This document shows, piece after piece, positions 12,268 to 24,844 of a stretch of DNA of 64,000 nt (positions are counted from its first letter, which is position 1; each line of letters starts with the position of its first letter). Origin of the DNA: Octopus sinensis (lineage: Eukaryota); the NCBI RefSeq assembly GCF_006345805.1, contig NC_043001.1, forward strand, positions 16,554,001 through 16,618,000. The letters are read 5' to 3'. Made by a program: the position numbers and the translations under genes. The notes under the pieces were generated by a model. The model did not search any database. It was not told the origin of the DNA and saw only the letters and a list, made by a program, of their open reading frames with translations.

Positions 12268-13039
12268 CAATGAGGCTATAAAAGTCTAAGCGCTCGATTA
12301 TATTTAAAATTCGCACAAAACTACGAAACAAATGATTTACATATAACTGACCTAATTCTTTTATTTGTTTATGAAATAAAATGTAAGTTCATCGTGATAA
12401 ATTTAACAGATGTGGATTAATTTCTTTAAACACTGGGAAAATTACAGAAATATAAATACCTGAGTTTTCAAAAGAGCAGAAAGTGAATTTCGGGGTAAGA
12501 TCGTATATCAAAGACTTAAAAGAAAAAGAAAAATATAAAAAAGGGGCTAAAGTTTTCCAATTCCTGTCCTTAACAGATGTAAATTCAATTCTTTTTTGGA
12601 GAAAACATTAGAAATTTATACTTGCTTTGAAGACTACCATTTATGGGACAGGAGAGAGACTTTTTACAAGAAATAGCGGTAAAATCTCACTTGAACTCCA
12701 CCTTTTAAGGAGAGAACTTTATTACGGGTCAGGAGAGAGCCTTTTTACGGGACGGGAGAGAGCTCGTTCGAATTGCAAGAAATAGCGGTAAAATCTCACT
12801 TTAAGTACACCTTTTAATTAGTAAAGCAAATGCGAATGGTCACGGTGGTTTGAATAGCGATGATCTAAGTCGAGAATAACAATAGTTGTGGTTTCGGAAA
12901 TGTAAAAAGTATAAAAATACAAGAACTGCTGTAATAGTATTTTATAGTAATAAAAAACAAAAAGGTTTATCAGAAATGTATTTATATAATTGCTTCTTAC
13001 ACTTCTTTCTTCCCATCTTTCTCATCAATCTCAATGCGG

Positions 13040-13300
13040 TTGCGTAGCAAAGTGGTTAGGGTGAGGCACTCACAGTCATAAGATCTTGGTTTCGTTTCCC
13101 GGACCAGATGGTGCATTGTTTTCTTGAGCAAAACACTTCATTTCACATTGCGCCAGTTCAATCAGGTGTAAAATAATTTGCAGCAGTAGCTGGTGAGTTA
13201 ACCCTGCGACAGTCTAGCGTCCCGTTGAAGCGGGAAGTGTTAAAATCTCAACAACTAATCGCCATGGAAACCGAGTTGGGCTTCGATCTTATGAGTTCTA
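13040..13300 (+). mobile_element. Diverged SINE family D copy
   Basis: tRNA-like head plus ttcttgagcaaaacacttcatttcac. Confidence 0.65.
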
Positions 13301-13483
13301 GGGCTCATGGCAGTCCTAAGTGCCTCATTACTTTCAATCACCCTCACCTTTATCCTCTTCCTCACCACAATCGCTTCTTTAGTTACTGAAGGTATTGATT
13401 AAAGAAATAATTTCAGTAGAAAGCGAAAGGCTTTTCAATTTCAACGAAAAATCTTTCGTTCCTATATTTCGAAACTAAGGTAG

Positions 13484-13830
13484 GGCTGCGAGCTGGCAGA
13501 AACGTTAGCGGTATTTCGTCTGCCGTTATGCTCTGAGTTCAAATTCCGCCGAGGTCGACTTTGCCTTTCATCCTTTTGGGGTCGATAAATTAAGTACCAG
13601 TTACGTACTGGAGTCGATATAATCAACTTGATCCGTTAGTCTGTCCTTGTTTGTCCTCTCTGTGTTTAGCCCCTTGTGGGTAGTAAAGAAATAGGTATAT
13701 CGTACGTTTTTATGTACCGCTATATCGAATTCCGCCCAGGTCGACTTTACCTTTCATCTTTTCGGGGTCGATAAAATAAATACCAGTTGAGCACTGGAGT
13801 CGATGGAATCAGCTTACTCCTCCCCACAAA
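13484..13830 (+). mobile_element. SINE family A, internally deleted dimer
   Basis: Head, core, tail, junction aaagaaataggtat and a second partial unit. Confidence 0.8.
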
Positions 13831-13891
13831 TTGCTAAGCTTATACTAAAATCTGAAACCTATATTTCTAAACTAATGCAATAATAAAATAA

Positions 13892-14374
13892 ACAAATGCG
13901 CCCTTTTAAAGCCTATTCAGGCTCATGGGCCCGGTTTCCTGGTTTCTGTGGCGTATGTGTTCCCCAGCTGTACGGGACACCAGTCCATCGCAGCGTTACT
14001 CATTTTTGCCAGCTGAGTGGACTGGAGCAACGTGAAATGAAGTGTTTTGCTCAAGAGCACAATGTGTCGCCCGGTCCAGGAATCGAAACCACAATCTTAC
14101 AATCATGATGCCGACACCCTAACCACTAAGCCACGCGCCTCCACAAATGTGCCTTTTTAAAGCCTAGCCAGGCTCATGGGCCCAGTTTCCTAGTTTCAAT
14201 GGCGTTTATGTTCCTCAGCTGGACGGGACGCCAATCCATTGCAGCGTACTCATTTTTGCCAGCTGAGTGGACTGGAGCAATGTGAAATGAAGTGTTTTCC
14301 CCGGTCCAGGAATCGAAACCACAATCTTACAATCCTGATACTGACACCCTAACCACTAAGCCACGCGCCTCCAC
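13892..14374 (-). mobile_element. Two tandem copies of a SINE family D variant
   Basis: Units at 13892-14143 and 14144-14374, each starting acaaatgygcc; the second lacks about 24 bp. Confidence 0.85.
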
Positions 14375-15044
14375 AAACCAATGCAATACAAACTCTAAAA
14401 TATAAACTGTATATATCGACATCAAAATTAACTGAGTGACCTTCAAACAAAATACCCAATTAATAAACGTTCTTTGTCGGTCCCAGTAATACAATTGAAA
14501 CAATAAAATCTGAACTTTGTTCGAACAAAGCAACATAATTATTTTGTATAATTAAATTAAAGGGGTTGTACTGAATGTCGGACGCAACGGTTCCTAATTA
14601 ATTGAAATAACTCACCCTGGAGAACGAAGACAAGAACCTAGCAGCAATTGTTAGCAAAACTCAAAGAAAAGTGGAGTCAATTTCCCACATTTTAAGAATT
14701 AATCACTCGAAGAGATTAGTTCTTAAACCAATGCTCTAATGGTATTCATATTTTAAAAGGTCCATTTCATGCACTTCAAAAGGCCCCTGTTAGTCTATTC
14801 TATATTTCTGGGTTTTGAGGAATCCCATTGTGTTTAACGCAAATGTAACATTCTGTTATAGTCTGTTATATTTAAGATTAATTAATGAAATTAGTAGATT
14901 AAGCCTAGTTTAATATATTTAAATTATTAGTATTTCAATTTCGTTAGAAGTATAATAGTTTGCAATAGCCTTAATTAACACTTTGAAATTAACATTTGAA
15001 TTTAATAAACATTTTAAGTTGTAATAAATTATAGTAGCCCAGGA

Positions 15045-15265
15045 AGGCGGCGAGCTGGCAGAAACGATAGCACGCCGGGTGAAATGCGTAGCCGTATTTC
15101 GTCTGCCGTTACATTCTGAGTTCAAATTCCGCCGAGGTCGACTTTGCCTTTCATCCGATAAATAAAGTACCAGTTACGTACTGAGGACGATGTAATCGAC
15201 TTAATCCCTTTGTCTGTCTTTGTTTGTCCCTTCTATGTTTAGGCCCTTGTGGGCAATAAAAAAAT
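15045..15265 (+). mobile_element. SINE family A monomer
   Basis: ggcggcgagctggcagaaacg...aggccccttgtgggcaataaa. Confidence 0.85.
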
Positions 15266-16290
15266 ATAAATTATAGTGGCCGACGAGAATGAAAATGAAA
15301 ATTTAAAAACGCAATAAAGATGGTTTGGAAATATAAATACATTTTCACAAAGCATAAAGAACAGATATCAGAATAAGGATTAGTTATTGCAACCAAACTA
15401 ATAAATAAGATATTTGTTGAGAAGGTAAAATAGAATCATTATTCAAGCTGAGAGAAATCAGTGTATATCTTGTTCCATTTACGTCACGAGGAACAGACAC
15501 AGAACCGCACCTGTGTACATAGAAACTATAAGATGCATGCAATGGATACATAATATAATAAAACATTGTGATATCAGTATATTCTGTTCAGTAGGTAGTC
15601 TGATTTAGATTAGATATGTCAGATATTTCGTAGATAGCAATCAGTGGTTCAGGCAATAGAAAGTTAACCTAATAGCGCTGCTTGATAAAATAAGCAGGTG
15701 AGTGATATTTCATATCCGGCCTGTGTTTATTACGTAGTTGGAGATAATAGCATTTATATGTTGGAGTGGCAAACGCCTTTTAACGTTGCTCCTGGCAACT
15801 ACGTGCTCTAATTGTAGTAATTTTTTTACTAATGTCGTTGTTGTTGTTGTTGCCTCTTTTGTTGTTGTTGTTTAGGATTAAATTACCCCTGAAAGACAGC
15901 CAGCGCCATAGTCAGCGTTGAAACCAGTGGTGTAGAGCAGAAGGTAAGCACTCGATTTGCTGGAAACAGCTATTTGGTTTCGATTCACTGCTGAGTCGAG
16001 TTACCTTCATTTGCACTGAGAAGGACGACTCATATAGTCTATTCTCCTCTTTGGCTAATTGTCATGGAATTCACTCTGTTGGAAGTATAAAGACCAAGTC
16101 TCCGCTCTTTGGTAATTTACATTCCACCAATCTAGAAAAGCCGTGGGAATTTCCTCTCCTTCCTCTGATGAAGCTATAAAAGGAGAAAGTTTCACAAGTA
16201 AAAAAGAAACTAATATATACATACATACATACATACATACACACACACATACATACATACATACATACATACATACATACATACACATCA

Positions 16291-16322
<32 letters not shown>

Positions 16323-17209
16323 AAACCTAAAGAATGAAGATGAATTATCAACGATTTATTTAGCTTACGCACGTTTCGAATAGCCTAGCATAACCCAAGC
16401 ACATCGCAATATGCATATTTAATCGATGGTTCATTTTAACGGCTAAAATGATACAGGAAATGAATAACAACGTATATGTATTTACATTGCTGTTGCAATA
16501 ACAGGACAATTTAGTCTTTAATATTTGGTTATTGATACTGTCAAGCATTGTAGGGGAATTGTATTAGAAAATGAATGAAATATCAGTAGTAATCATATTG
16601 GGATGTAGAGGTTGAGAAAGCTTTCATTTGCTAGGATATAAAATACTGACAGATTGAGAGATGTGACGTTGAAATGATATAAAGTCAAGTTGAGTTGCTT
16701 AAAGGCAAATAACATTGGAGACCGGATATAATTTCAAATTAAACTCATTATATTTTTTTACTTCTTTCAATCATGTGACTGCGGCCATGCTGGAACATCC
16801 CTATATACATACATGTATTTATATGTTTATATGTATGTGTGTATGTATGTGTGTATGTATGTATATTTGCATGCACGTATGTATGCAAATACGTACGAAC
16901 GTATGTTTGTGTGTATGTATATACGTACGTATGTAAATTTGTATGTATGCTCTCATGCATGTATGTATGTATGTATGTATGTATGTATGTATGTGTGTAT
17001 GTATGTATGTATGTCATTATTCAGTTTACTTTAAGATTTCTTGCCAAGAGAGAAAGAACCGGTTTCTAACCTTGATCCAAGGCACCTTCATTGGAATTTT
17101 AAAATCAACAGCAGGGTATTTTTGTATGTATGTATGTATGTATGTATGTATGTATGTATGTATGTATGTATGTATGTTTTAACCGCGCGATCGGGTATTC
17201 AGTCCGATT

Positions 17210-17515
17210 ATTTCTATGTCCTCGCGTATGATACAGCCTTAAGACATTTATTGGATGGCCGTTGACTCTGAAGAGTTCCTTTGCCATGTGGAAGAGAGTG
17301 TAATTCGGCAGGAGGACTTAAACGACATGCAAAGGTACATGAAGCCCAGTTACAACTACAGCCAGCTATTACCGGTAAAGGTATTAGTTGCCAATTCTGT
17401 ACAAGACATTGTAGATCTTTAGCCGGGCTAAAAAGTCACATTCGATCACAGAACCAGTAACAGTTAAGCTTCGTGCAATGGCCATACTTGATAACGAGGG
17501 GGCAGCCATCATGTA
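17210..17515 (+). mobile_element. RTE-like LINE 3' end with terminal C2H2-like finger and (ATGT)n tail
   Basis: Translation GISCQFCTRHCRSLAGLKSHIRSQNQ* followed by a short UTR ggcagccatc and an atgt tract. Confidence 0.75.
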
Positions 17516-18169
17516 TTTATGTATAGATGTGTGTATATAAATGCATGTATGCATGTATGCCTGTGTTGAATATGAAGGTAACACAACATTAAGAGCAACT
17601 GTTGTCTGGAAACACACTTTGGGTACTAGAAATGGTATTGTTTTTGAAAATTATACATTCTGTTTGTGACTCAGTCAACTATATCACTACGTACAGATTC
17701 TCATGTATGCCAAGTATTAAAGCCATACATACGCACATGTGCGCATACAATTTCATATCTATATCAACTTATACAAAGAATAAGATTCAAACATCTTCTA
17801 CAGATATTTTATCACTTTGATATTCTTTATATTTCTTTATATTTCTATCTTTCATCTATTTGCAAAGCATTTTTACAGAAAGTTTTTTTATGTGTCTTCT
17901 GAGTATTTTGTGTCAAATGGAATCTTTAATGAAAATTTTCCTCTAATTCTTCTATTCTCTCTTCTTATCTATTTCAAACTTCCTCGACTTTCTTTTCTGC
18001 TTATATTTTTTTCCTGTCTACTCTTGTTATCTTCATCGTTCTATTTATATCTGACTCTCTCAAAATCAAGGCTGGTATCACTTTTTACTATTCCCCCATC
18101 AATGAACTGTATAGCTTTATATGTTTATGGCGTTGGAGGCTAGAAATATCATCTGAGGGATCATATTCG

Positions 18170-18200
<31 letters not shown>

Positions 18201-18250
18201 TGATGATGATAATAATAATAATAATAATAATAATGATGATGATAATGATG

Positions 18251-18303
<53 letters not shown>

Positions 18304-18312
18304 TATAATAAT

Positions 18313-18361
<49 letters not shown>

Positions 18362-18376
18362 TAATAATAATAATAA

Positions 18377-18711
18377 CGTGTCTCTAAAAGAAATGGAGAA
18401 ACTTTCAAAATAAAAAAACTTGGAAATAGAGGTAACCAGAATGTGGAATCTAAAAACAGAAACAATTCCTATCATAGTAGGTGCATTAGGCATGATAAAA
18501 TAATATTCAGACAAACACATAACAAAAACACCAGGACTTACAAACACATATAACATACAGAAAATTGCACTACTGGGCACTGCACACATCCTACGCAGAA
18601 CACTTTCAATACAATAACCATCAGAGCATCACAACAAATCACAGCACATACCGAAGGCACACAGAGCTGCGCTCGGTAGTGAAGTGAAAGCACGCTATAA
18701 AAATAAAACTA

Positions 18712-18715
<4 letters not shown>
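18377..18715 (+). mobile_element. R4/Dong-like non-LTR element 3' end embedded in (TAA)n
   Basis: EMEKLSK*KNLEIEVTRMWNLKTETIPIIVGALGMIK...IQKIALLGTAHILRRTL is a restriction-like endonuclease tail; (AAT)n flanks both sides. Confidence 0.8.
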
Positions 18716-18778
<63 letters not shown>

Positions 18779-18829
18779 TAATAATAATAAAAATAATAAT
18801 AATAATAAATAATAATAATAATAATAATG

Positions 18830-19026
18830 AATAGAAGAGTGCCATATCATGTGAAATTGGTTGAATGATATTTCGGCATCTAGCGTGCCTTCCACAGCTT
18901 CAAAAATTACATGACAGTCTACTTCATTTTTTGTTAGACTGACATGTAATCTTTGAACCCGTGGAAGGCACGCTAGATGCCGAAATATCATTCAACCAAT
19001 TTCACATAATATGACACTATTCTATT
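18830..19026. mobile_element. Foldback palindromic element (MITE-like), about 92-bp arms
   Basis: 18830-18920 is nearly the reverse complement of 18935-19026, with a short T-rich loop. Confidence 0.85.
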
Positions 19027-19072
19027 TAATTGTGTATAATTTCTGGATGAGTTACCTCGGTCCTATACAGTC

Positions 19073-19134
<62 letters not shown>

Positions 19135-19335
19135 TCTTTCAACTAAAGGCTCCAAGCCTGAAATTTTTGGGGAAAGGACTAGACTATTACATCGACCCAG
19201 TGTTTCACTGGTATTTAAGTTATCGATCCCGAAAGGATGAAAGGCAAAGTCGACCTCAACGGAATTTGAACTGAGAACGGACGAAATGCTGCTAAGCATT
19301 TACCCCGGCGTGCTAACGATTGTCAGATCACCGCC

Positions 19336-19337
<2 letters not shown>
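19135..19337 (-). mobile_element. SINE family A-related subfamily with alternative tail
   Basis: Same head and core; tail tccccaaaaatttcaggcttggagcc. Confidence 0.75.
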
Positions 19338-19403
<66 letters not shown>

Positions 19404-19437
19404 TATAATAATGGTGATGATGATGTTGATGATGATT

Positions 19438-19489
<52 letters not shown>

Positions 19490-20064
19490 CGATGATAATG
19501 ATGATCACTTCCACCTTGTGGGCGTAGGCATAACAATGGAGTCGAGAATTTCGCTTAGTAATCACGTTTCGAAATTCAATTTCACTGCATGGGAACCTAG
19601 GGTGAGTTTCTTTTACCATTTCCCGGGTCGATTCAAACCTCGTGGATGAAAGTGGTTTGATGGAAACTACAGAAATCCGCCAAATAATCTTTATTTGATT
19701 TCAGGTGGTCAACACAATCCACCGTCTTTTTTCTACAACAGCAACTGCCTCTTAGATGTCTTGTAGCTGAGCCCACTACTTTACAAGTATTCAGACCCAC
19801 TTCCAATCTGGAGGCAACAGGATACTTTTTCATTTATCCCCTCTCATCGTCTCCATCTAAATTCCATTCACCTAGCCATTTTCTCTCCAGACTAAAGTCT
19901 CTCTTTTATTGCTAACAATTATATCATATACAGAAACTTTTAACAATGCAGTAGAACGTTTATTTAGCTTATCTAATTTTTAGATTCTTTTACATGTTTC
20001 ACTTATCGATGAGCGGCCAATAATTGAAAGGTTCAGTGGAGCAAATCGATCTCTCTCTCTCTTT

Positions 20065-20272
20065 TACTCTTTTACTTGTTTCAGTCATTTGACTTTGGCC
20101 ATGCTGGAGCACCACCTTTTTAGTCGAGCAAATCGACCCCAGGACTTATTCTTTGTAAGCCTAGTACTTATTCTATCGGTCTCTTTTGCCGAACCGCTAA
20201 GTTACGGGGACGTAAATACACCAGCATCGGTTGGGGGGACAAACACAGATACACAAACATATACACATACAT

Positions 20273-20319
<47 letters not shown>

Positions 20320-20488
20320 TATATACGACGGGCTTCTTTCAGTTTCCGTCTACCAAATCCACTCAAAAGGCTTTGGTCGGCCCGAGGCTATAGTAGAAGA
20401 CACTTGCCCAAGGTGCCACGCAGTGGGACTGAACCCGGAACCATGTAGTTGGTAAGCAAGCTACTTACCACACAGCCACTCCTACGCC
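20065..20488 (-). mobile_element. CORE-type SINE family B, full length with internal (TA)n
   Basis: Head ggcgtaggagtggctgtgtggtaag, CORE-like ggcaccttgggcaagtgtctt, tail aaaagagtaaaagag. Confidence 0.85.
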
Positions 20489-20490
20489 TA

Positions 20491-20623
20491 TATATGTTGA
20501 ATAAAATCATAATTAAAATCATAATTCAGACCGGAACAGTTTGAATTAGTCATATTCACAGTAGAAAAAAGAAAAAAATAGTCAAAAAGAAAGTGGTGTT
20601 TCAATTCTTTTGACCAACTCCTG
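20491..20623. mobile_element. Partial Tc1-like MITE end
   Basis: cttttgaccaactcctg-ta resembles the TIR of 23484-23716. Confidence 0.4.
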
Positions 20624-21042
20624 TATATGCATCTCCAATACAATGAGAAAACGTTGGTTCGTCTGGAATGTGCTGTAGATGCTACACTAGACAGACACGT
20701 CATAACCAAGCAACATATGCAGTTATTCTGGTTTAAACAGCTTCGATAAACTTTGATCACGTAACTCATTGATAAGGATGATCTAATTACAAAGTTCACG
20801 ACAACTCATAATGATGTCATGCCATAGCTGTATCTACTGCCAAGGTCGGGGAGTCTCCCTTCTACATTGGCAGCGATACGATACTAAATTCGCCTCTTTA
20901 AATCTTCTTCGCTCGGGCGCCATCCATTGGCATTGTTCACACACAACCACTCAAGCATAAATTCTGCAAATCGAGACCCTTAATACTGTCTGACAATGAC
21001 AACGTGACAATCTCTGTGGTTCAAATACTCTAAGATAATTTC

Positions 21043-21289
21043 CGCGGGTGGTACTGAAAAGTTCCAGGCTTTGGGTCAAAGAAAATACAGGAGGATCAGT
21101 TAATTATGATTTTATTCAACATATATAGGCGTAGGAGTTGCTGTGTGGTAAGTAGCTTGCTTACCAGCCACATGGTTCCGGGTTCAGTCCCACTGCGTGG
21201 CACCTTGGGCAAGTGTCTTCTACTATAGCCTCGGGCCGACCAAAGCCTTGTGAGTGGATTTGGTAGACGGAAACTGAAAGAAGCCCGTC

Positions 21290-21333
<44 letters not shown>

Positions 21334-21577
21334 CTTTACTACTCACAAGGGGCTAAACATAGAGGGGACAAACAAGGACAGACAAAGGGATTAAGTAGAT
21401 TACATCGACCCCAGTGCGATACTGGTACTTTATTTATCGACCACGAAAGGATGAAAGGCAAAGTCGACCTCGGCGGAATTTGAACTCAGAACGTAACGTC
21501 AGACGAAATACCGCTAAGCATTACGCCCGGCGTGCTAACATGTCTGCCAGCCCGCCTATATATATATATATATATAC

Positions 21578-21609
<32 letters not shown>

Positions 21610-21888
21610 ATGTTTGTGTGTCTGTGTTTGTCACCCCAACATCGCTTGACAACCGATGCTGGTGTGTTTACGTCCCTGTAACTTAGCGGTTTAGCAAAAG
21701 ACACCGATAGAATAAGTACTGGGCTTACAAAGAATAAGTCCTCGGGTCGATTTGCTCGACTAGAGGCGGTGCTCCAGCATGGCCACAGTCAAATGACTGA
21801 AACGAGTAAAAGAGTAAAAAGAGTATATTCCCCTTTTCTGAGCCTTTCGCAAGAATCTTAAAGCCAGGAACTTTTCAGCACCCCCTCA
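21043..21888 (+). mobile_element. Mariner-type MITE split by nested SINE B (21128-21826), itself split by SINE A (21332-21556, -)
   Basis: TIRs ...actgaaaagttccaggcttt / aaagccaggaacttttcagcaccccctc; an uninterrupted relative lies at 55731-55943. Confidence 0.8.
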
Positions 21889-21982
21889 TATATGTATTTA
21901 TGTACAGTTAGATTTAACATGTTCATGTACATTCGGAAAGCTGCTTAGTTCGCCTCTAATTAATCTAAGATAATTATAACTT

Positions 21983-22397
21983 CTCCAAGTATCACTTGAA
22001 AAGGAAAGTGAGAGTAGAGAGGCAAGTTTTGTCTAGCGAATGTTTCAAAAAAAGATGGGTGAGCGTAGCAGGGATGGCACGTATGAATGACGAAGCCACT
22101 TTGAGCATAATCCTATGAACCCGGAAAAATTTAAAACAGAGAGTTGCTTACTTGCAAATAAATGTGTTAACATGTGACATTAGTAACCGAGGTTACCGTG
22201 GTCTTTTCCGTAGGCCTTTCTTTCCACGGATAAACCTTATCTGCTTCCCCATTTACACTTTACATCATGACATTTCTGTGATACACGATCCCTATTGATC
22301 GAAAATCTATCCCCTTTTTTTTCTCCCCAAAAGTAAAGCTCTACTTTGTAATTTGTCCCCTCTGTGTTCAGCCCTGTGTGGCTAATAAAGAAACATA
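21983..22397 (+). mobile_element. Second Tx1/L1-like LINE 3' end, more 5'-truncated
   Basis: High similarity by eye to 7733-8210. Confidence 0.7.
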
Positions 22398-22669
22398 TAA
22401 AAAGCATGAACACTAAATAAGTTCATTCTGACAAACAGCAGACCTTAAAGCCCTACAAATTTTATAGAATTCTAGGTTTTACCATTTCAAATATATATGA
22501 GATAAGACTGGATCAAATCAGTCATTCTTCTATTCGGGTCAGAAAGTATTTGAATTGCAATCAGTTGCGGGCTCTGCGCATGGCATAAAGCTCCTTAAAA
22601 TATATATATATTTTGTAACTGATATATTTATAAATTGGTTTCAAAGTTTGGTAAAAGGCCAGAAATTTC

Positions 22670-22850
22670 GAGGAAGGGTTAAATCGATTATATTGATCCC
22701 AGTGCTAAACTGGTACTTATTTTATCGATCCTGAAAGGATAAAAGGCAAAGTCGACCTCAGCGGAATTTGAACTCATAACGTTAAGATGAACGAAACGCC
22801 GCTAAGCATTTTGTCTGGCGTGCTAACGATTCTACCAGCTCACCGCCTTG
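22670..22850 (-). mobile_element. SINE family A-related copy
   Basis: Core aaaggcaaagtcgacctcagcggaatttgaactc and head ctaccagctcaccgcc. Confidence 0.75.
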
Positions 22851-22921
22851 ATACGTTTATATATTGGAAAGATTCGACACATAAACAACTCCTTAAGTGA
22901 CTGAAATGTATTGGAATTGAG

Positions 22922-23033
22922 TACTAGGCTTACAAAGAATAAGTCCTGGGGTCGATTTGCTCGACTAAAGGCGGTGCTCCAGCATGGTCGCAGTCAAATG
23001 ACTGAAACAAATAAAAGAATAAAGGAATAAAAG
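22922..23033 (+). mobile_element. SINE family B 3' fragment
   Basis: gtactaggcttacaaagaataagtcctggggtcg...aaaagaataaag. Confidence 0.75.
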
Positions 23034-23057
23034 AATATATATATATATATATAACTC

Positions 23058-23400
23058 GACTCCGTCGGTCACGATGACCATGGGTGCACCTAAGAGGTTC
23101 CCATCCGGGGTGCAAGTCTGGGTGGAAAGTCGCCTCACCGGCCAACCTAGGGTTGTTTTTATGCAAGACCAGTAGTTGCCCAAGTATATCAGTTTCTCCT
23201 CTCCACGCTACTGATGCTGTCCAAGAGCAAAGCAAAGGCTGATACAGCTTGGCACCAGTGAAGTTGCTACTCATTTCTATAGCTGAGTGAATTGGAGCAA
23301 CGTGAAATAAAGTGTCACAACATGCAACCCGGTCCGAGAATCGAACTCACAGCCTCACGATCGTAAGCTCGATGCTCTAACAACTGAGCCACACGCCATC
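23058..23400 (-). mobile_element. SINE family D-like variant with a different central module
   Basis: tRNA-like head near 23400, CORE-like block and shared terminus gaccgacggagt. Confidence 0.65.
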
Positions 23401-23483
23401 CCCCCCACACAAACAAACAAACATACACACATATATGTACATACATACACACACAATCACATACTCACACACATATATATATA

Positions 23484-23716
23484 CAGGAGTTGGCTAAAAG
23501 TCACCTGACAGTAGATCAAACCCATTTAATTCCAAGATTTATTTATGTTTGACAACTGAATGAATTTGATAAAAGCATCTAAATATGAAACATCAAGAAA
23601 ATTGTTCAAACTGAAGTCCTTCTTGAGCGACATATTTTTCCGTTCGAGTCAATACAGAATTACAGAAAGTATTTATGGAATTTTGATTTACAGTCGATGA
23701 CTTTTGGCCACCCCTG
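23484..23716. mobile_element. Tc1-like MITE, TA target duplication
   Basis: ta-caggagttggctaaaagtca ... tgacttttggccacccctg-ta. Confidence 0.85.
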
Positions 23717-24844
23717 TATGTATATATATATATGTGTATGTATATATATATGTGTATGTATACGTGTGCATCTTTTTGTGTTTGTCTTCTCCACCGCTTG
23801 ACAGCCAGTGTTGGGTTTTCTATGTCCCTGTCATCTAGGGGTTTGATAACAGAACCGATAGAATAAGTACAAGATATAAAAATAAGTATAGGGAGCGATT
23901 TGTTTGATTAAACCCTTCAAGGTGGTACCTCAACATGGCTACAATCCAATGTCTGAAACAAATAAAAAGTAACTTAAGAAAAGATAACTCTCTCATAAAA
24001 GATCATAAAGGAAAGTCAACTTGAAAACATCCGACTATTAGTAATTATTATTAGTCAAAGTATTATTAGTCAAAAATCTTGCAAATCAAGTCAGCCCGAA
24101 ATCAAAGAAAGCGTCAGGTGACCGAATAGAGATGGATTATAAAATCTTAACCCATCCCTCACCAAAAAAGCAGACAAAATGGACACGGATTAATGACCCT
24201 TGATTTTGGTTCTCTTTGAGTTGATTTGACTCGAATTACTCTTGTTTCTATTAGGTTGGAGACTGGAATCTTTGTCTCGTCGTCATAATATATCTTCGTT
24301 TTGTCTTTTCTATCAAGTCGTTGCTCTCATGAACTTTCTGTCAAGACCTTTAAACGTGCCACCTGGTTCTCTTCCAAGGCCCACCGTTTCTCTGTTGAGA
24401 TTCCTGTTATCAATAAGTCCTTTTATCCTTGTAGTTACTTTCATAAAACACTTTTGAATTCATCATCACCATCTTGTTTTCATCTAGTCTATGAAATTCA
24501 CGTAAGCTTTCTCTCAATCATCTTTCGAACTTTCTGCTCTGGTGCCCTCAGTCAAAACCCTTAAACGTGACAGTCGCTTCCCTTCTTAGGCACATCGATT
24601 CTCTGTTGGGTTTTCTGTTAATCATAAGTCTTTTTATTGTAATACTTCCTTTTCTCGAACTTCTGCTCTCTGGGACTCATTACCACACTCTTCTTCTGGA
24701 CTATGATATTTACTTCTTTAAGCTTTTTGTCAATCGACATCTTTTAAATCTGAAGGCTATTTCTTTCCCTTCTTTGTAGTCCATCCGCTACAGTGGTGTC
24801 AAGCCTTGTTTGGGAAAAATCGCAAAAAACAAAAAGCAAACTAA

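Noticed and set aside
14560-15950. Isolated donor-like sites (minus ccagg|gtgagt near 14615; plus aagcag|gtgagt near 15697 and cagaag|gtaagc near 15943)
   Set aside because: Upstream frames are closed or very short; such motifs are expected by chance.
16160-16390. CTGATGA...GAAAGTT (+, 16165) and GAAAC-GTGC-GTA (-, about 16370)
   Set aside because: Each has only half of the required elements, and the stems do not pair convincingly.
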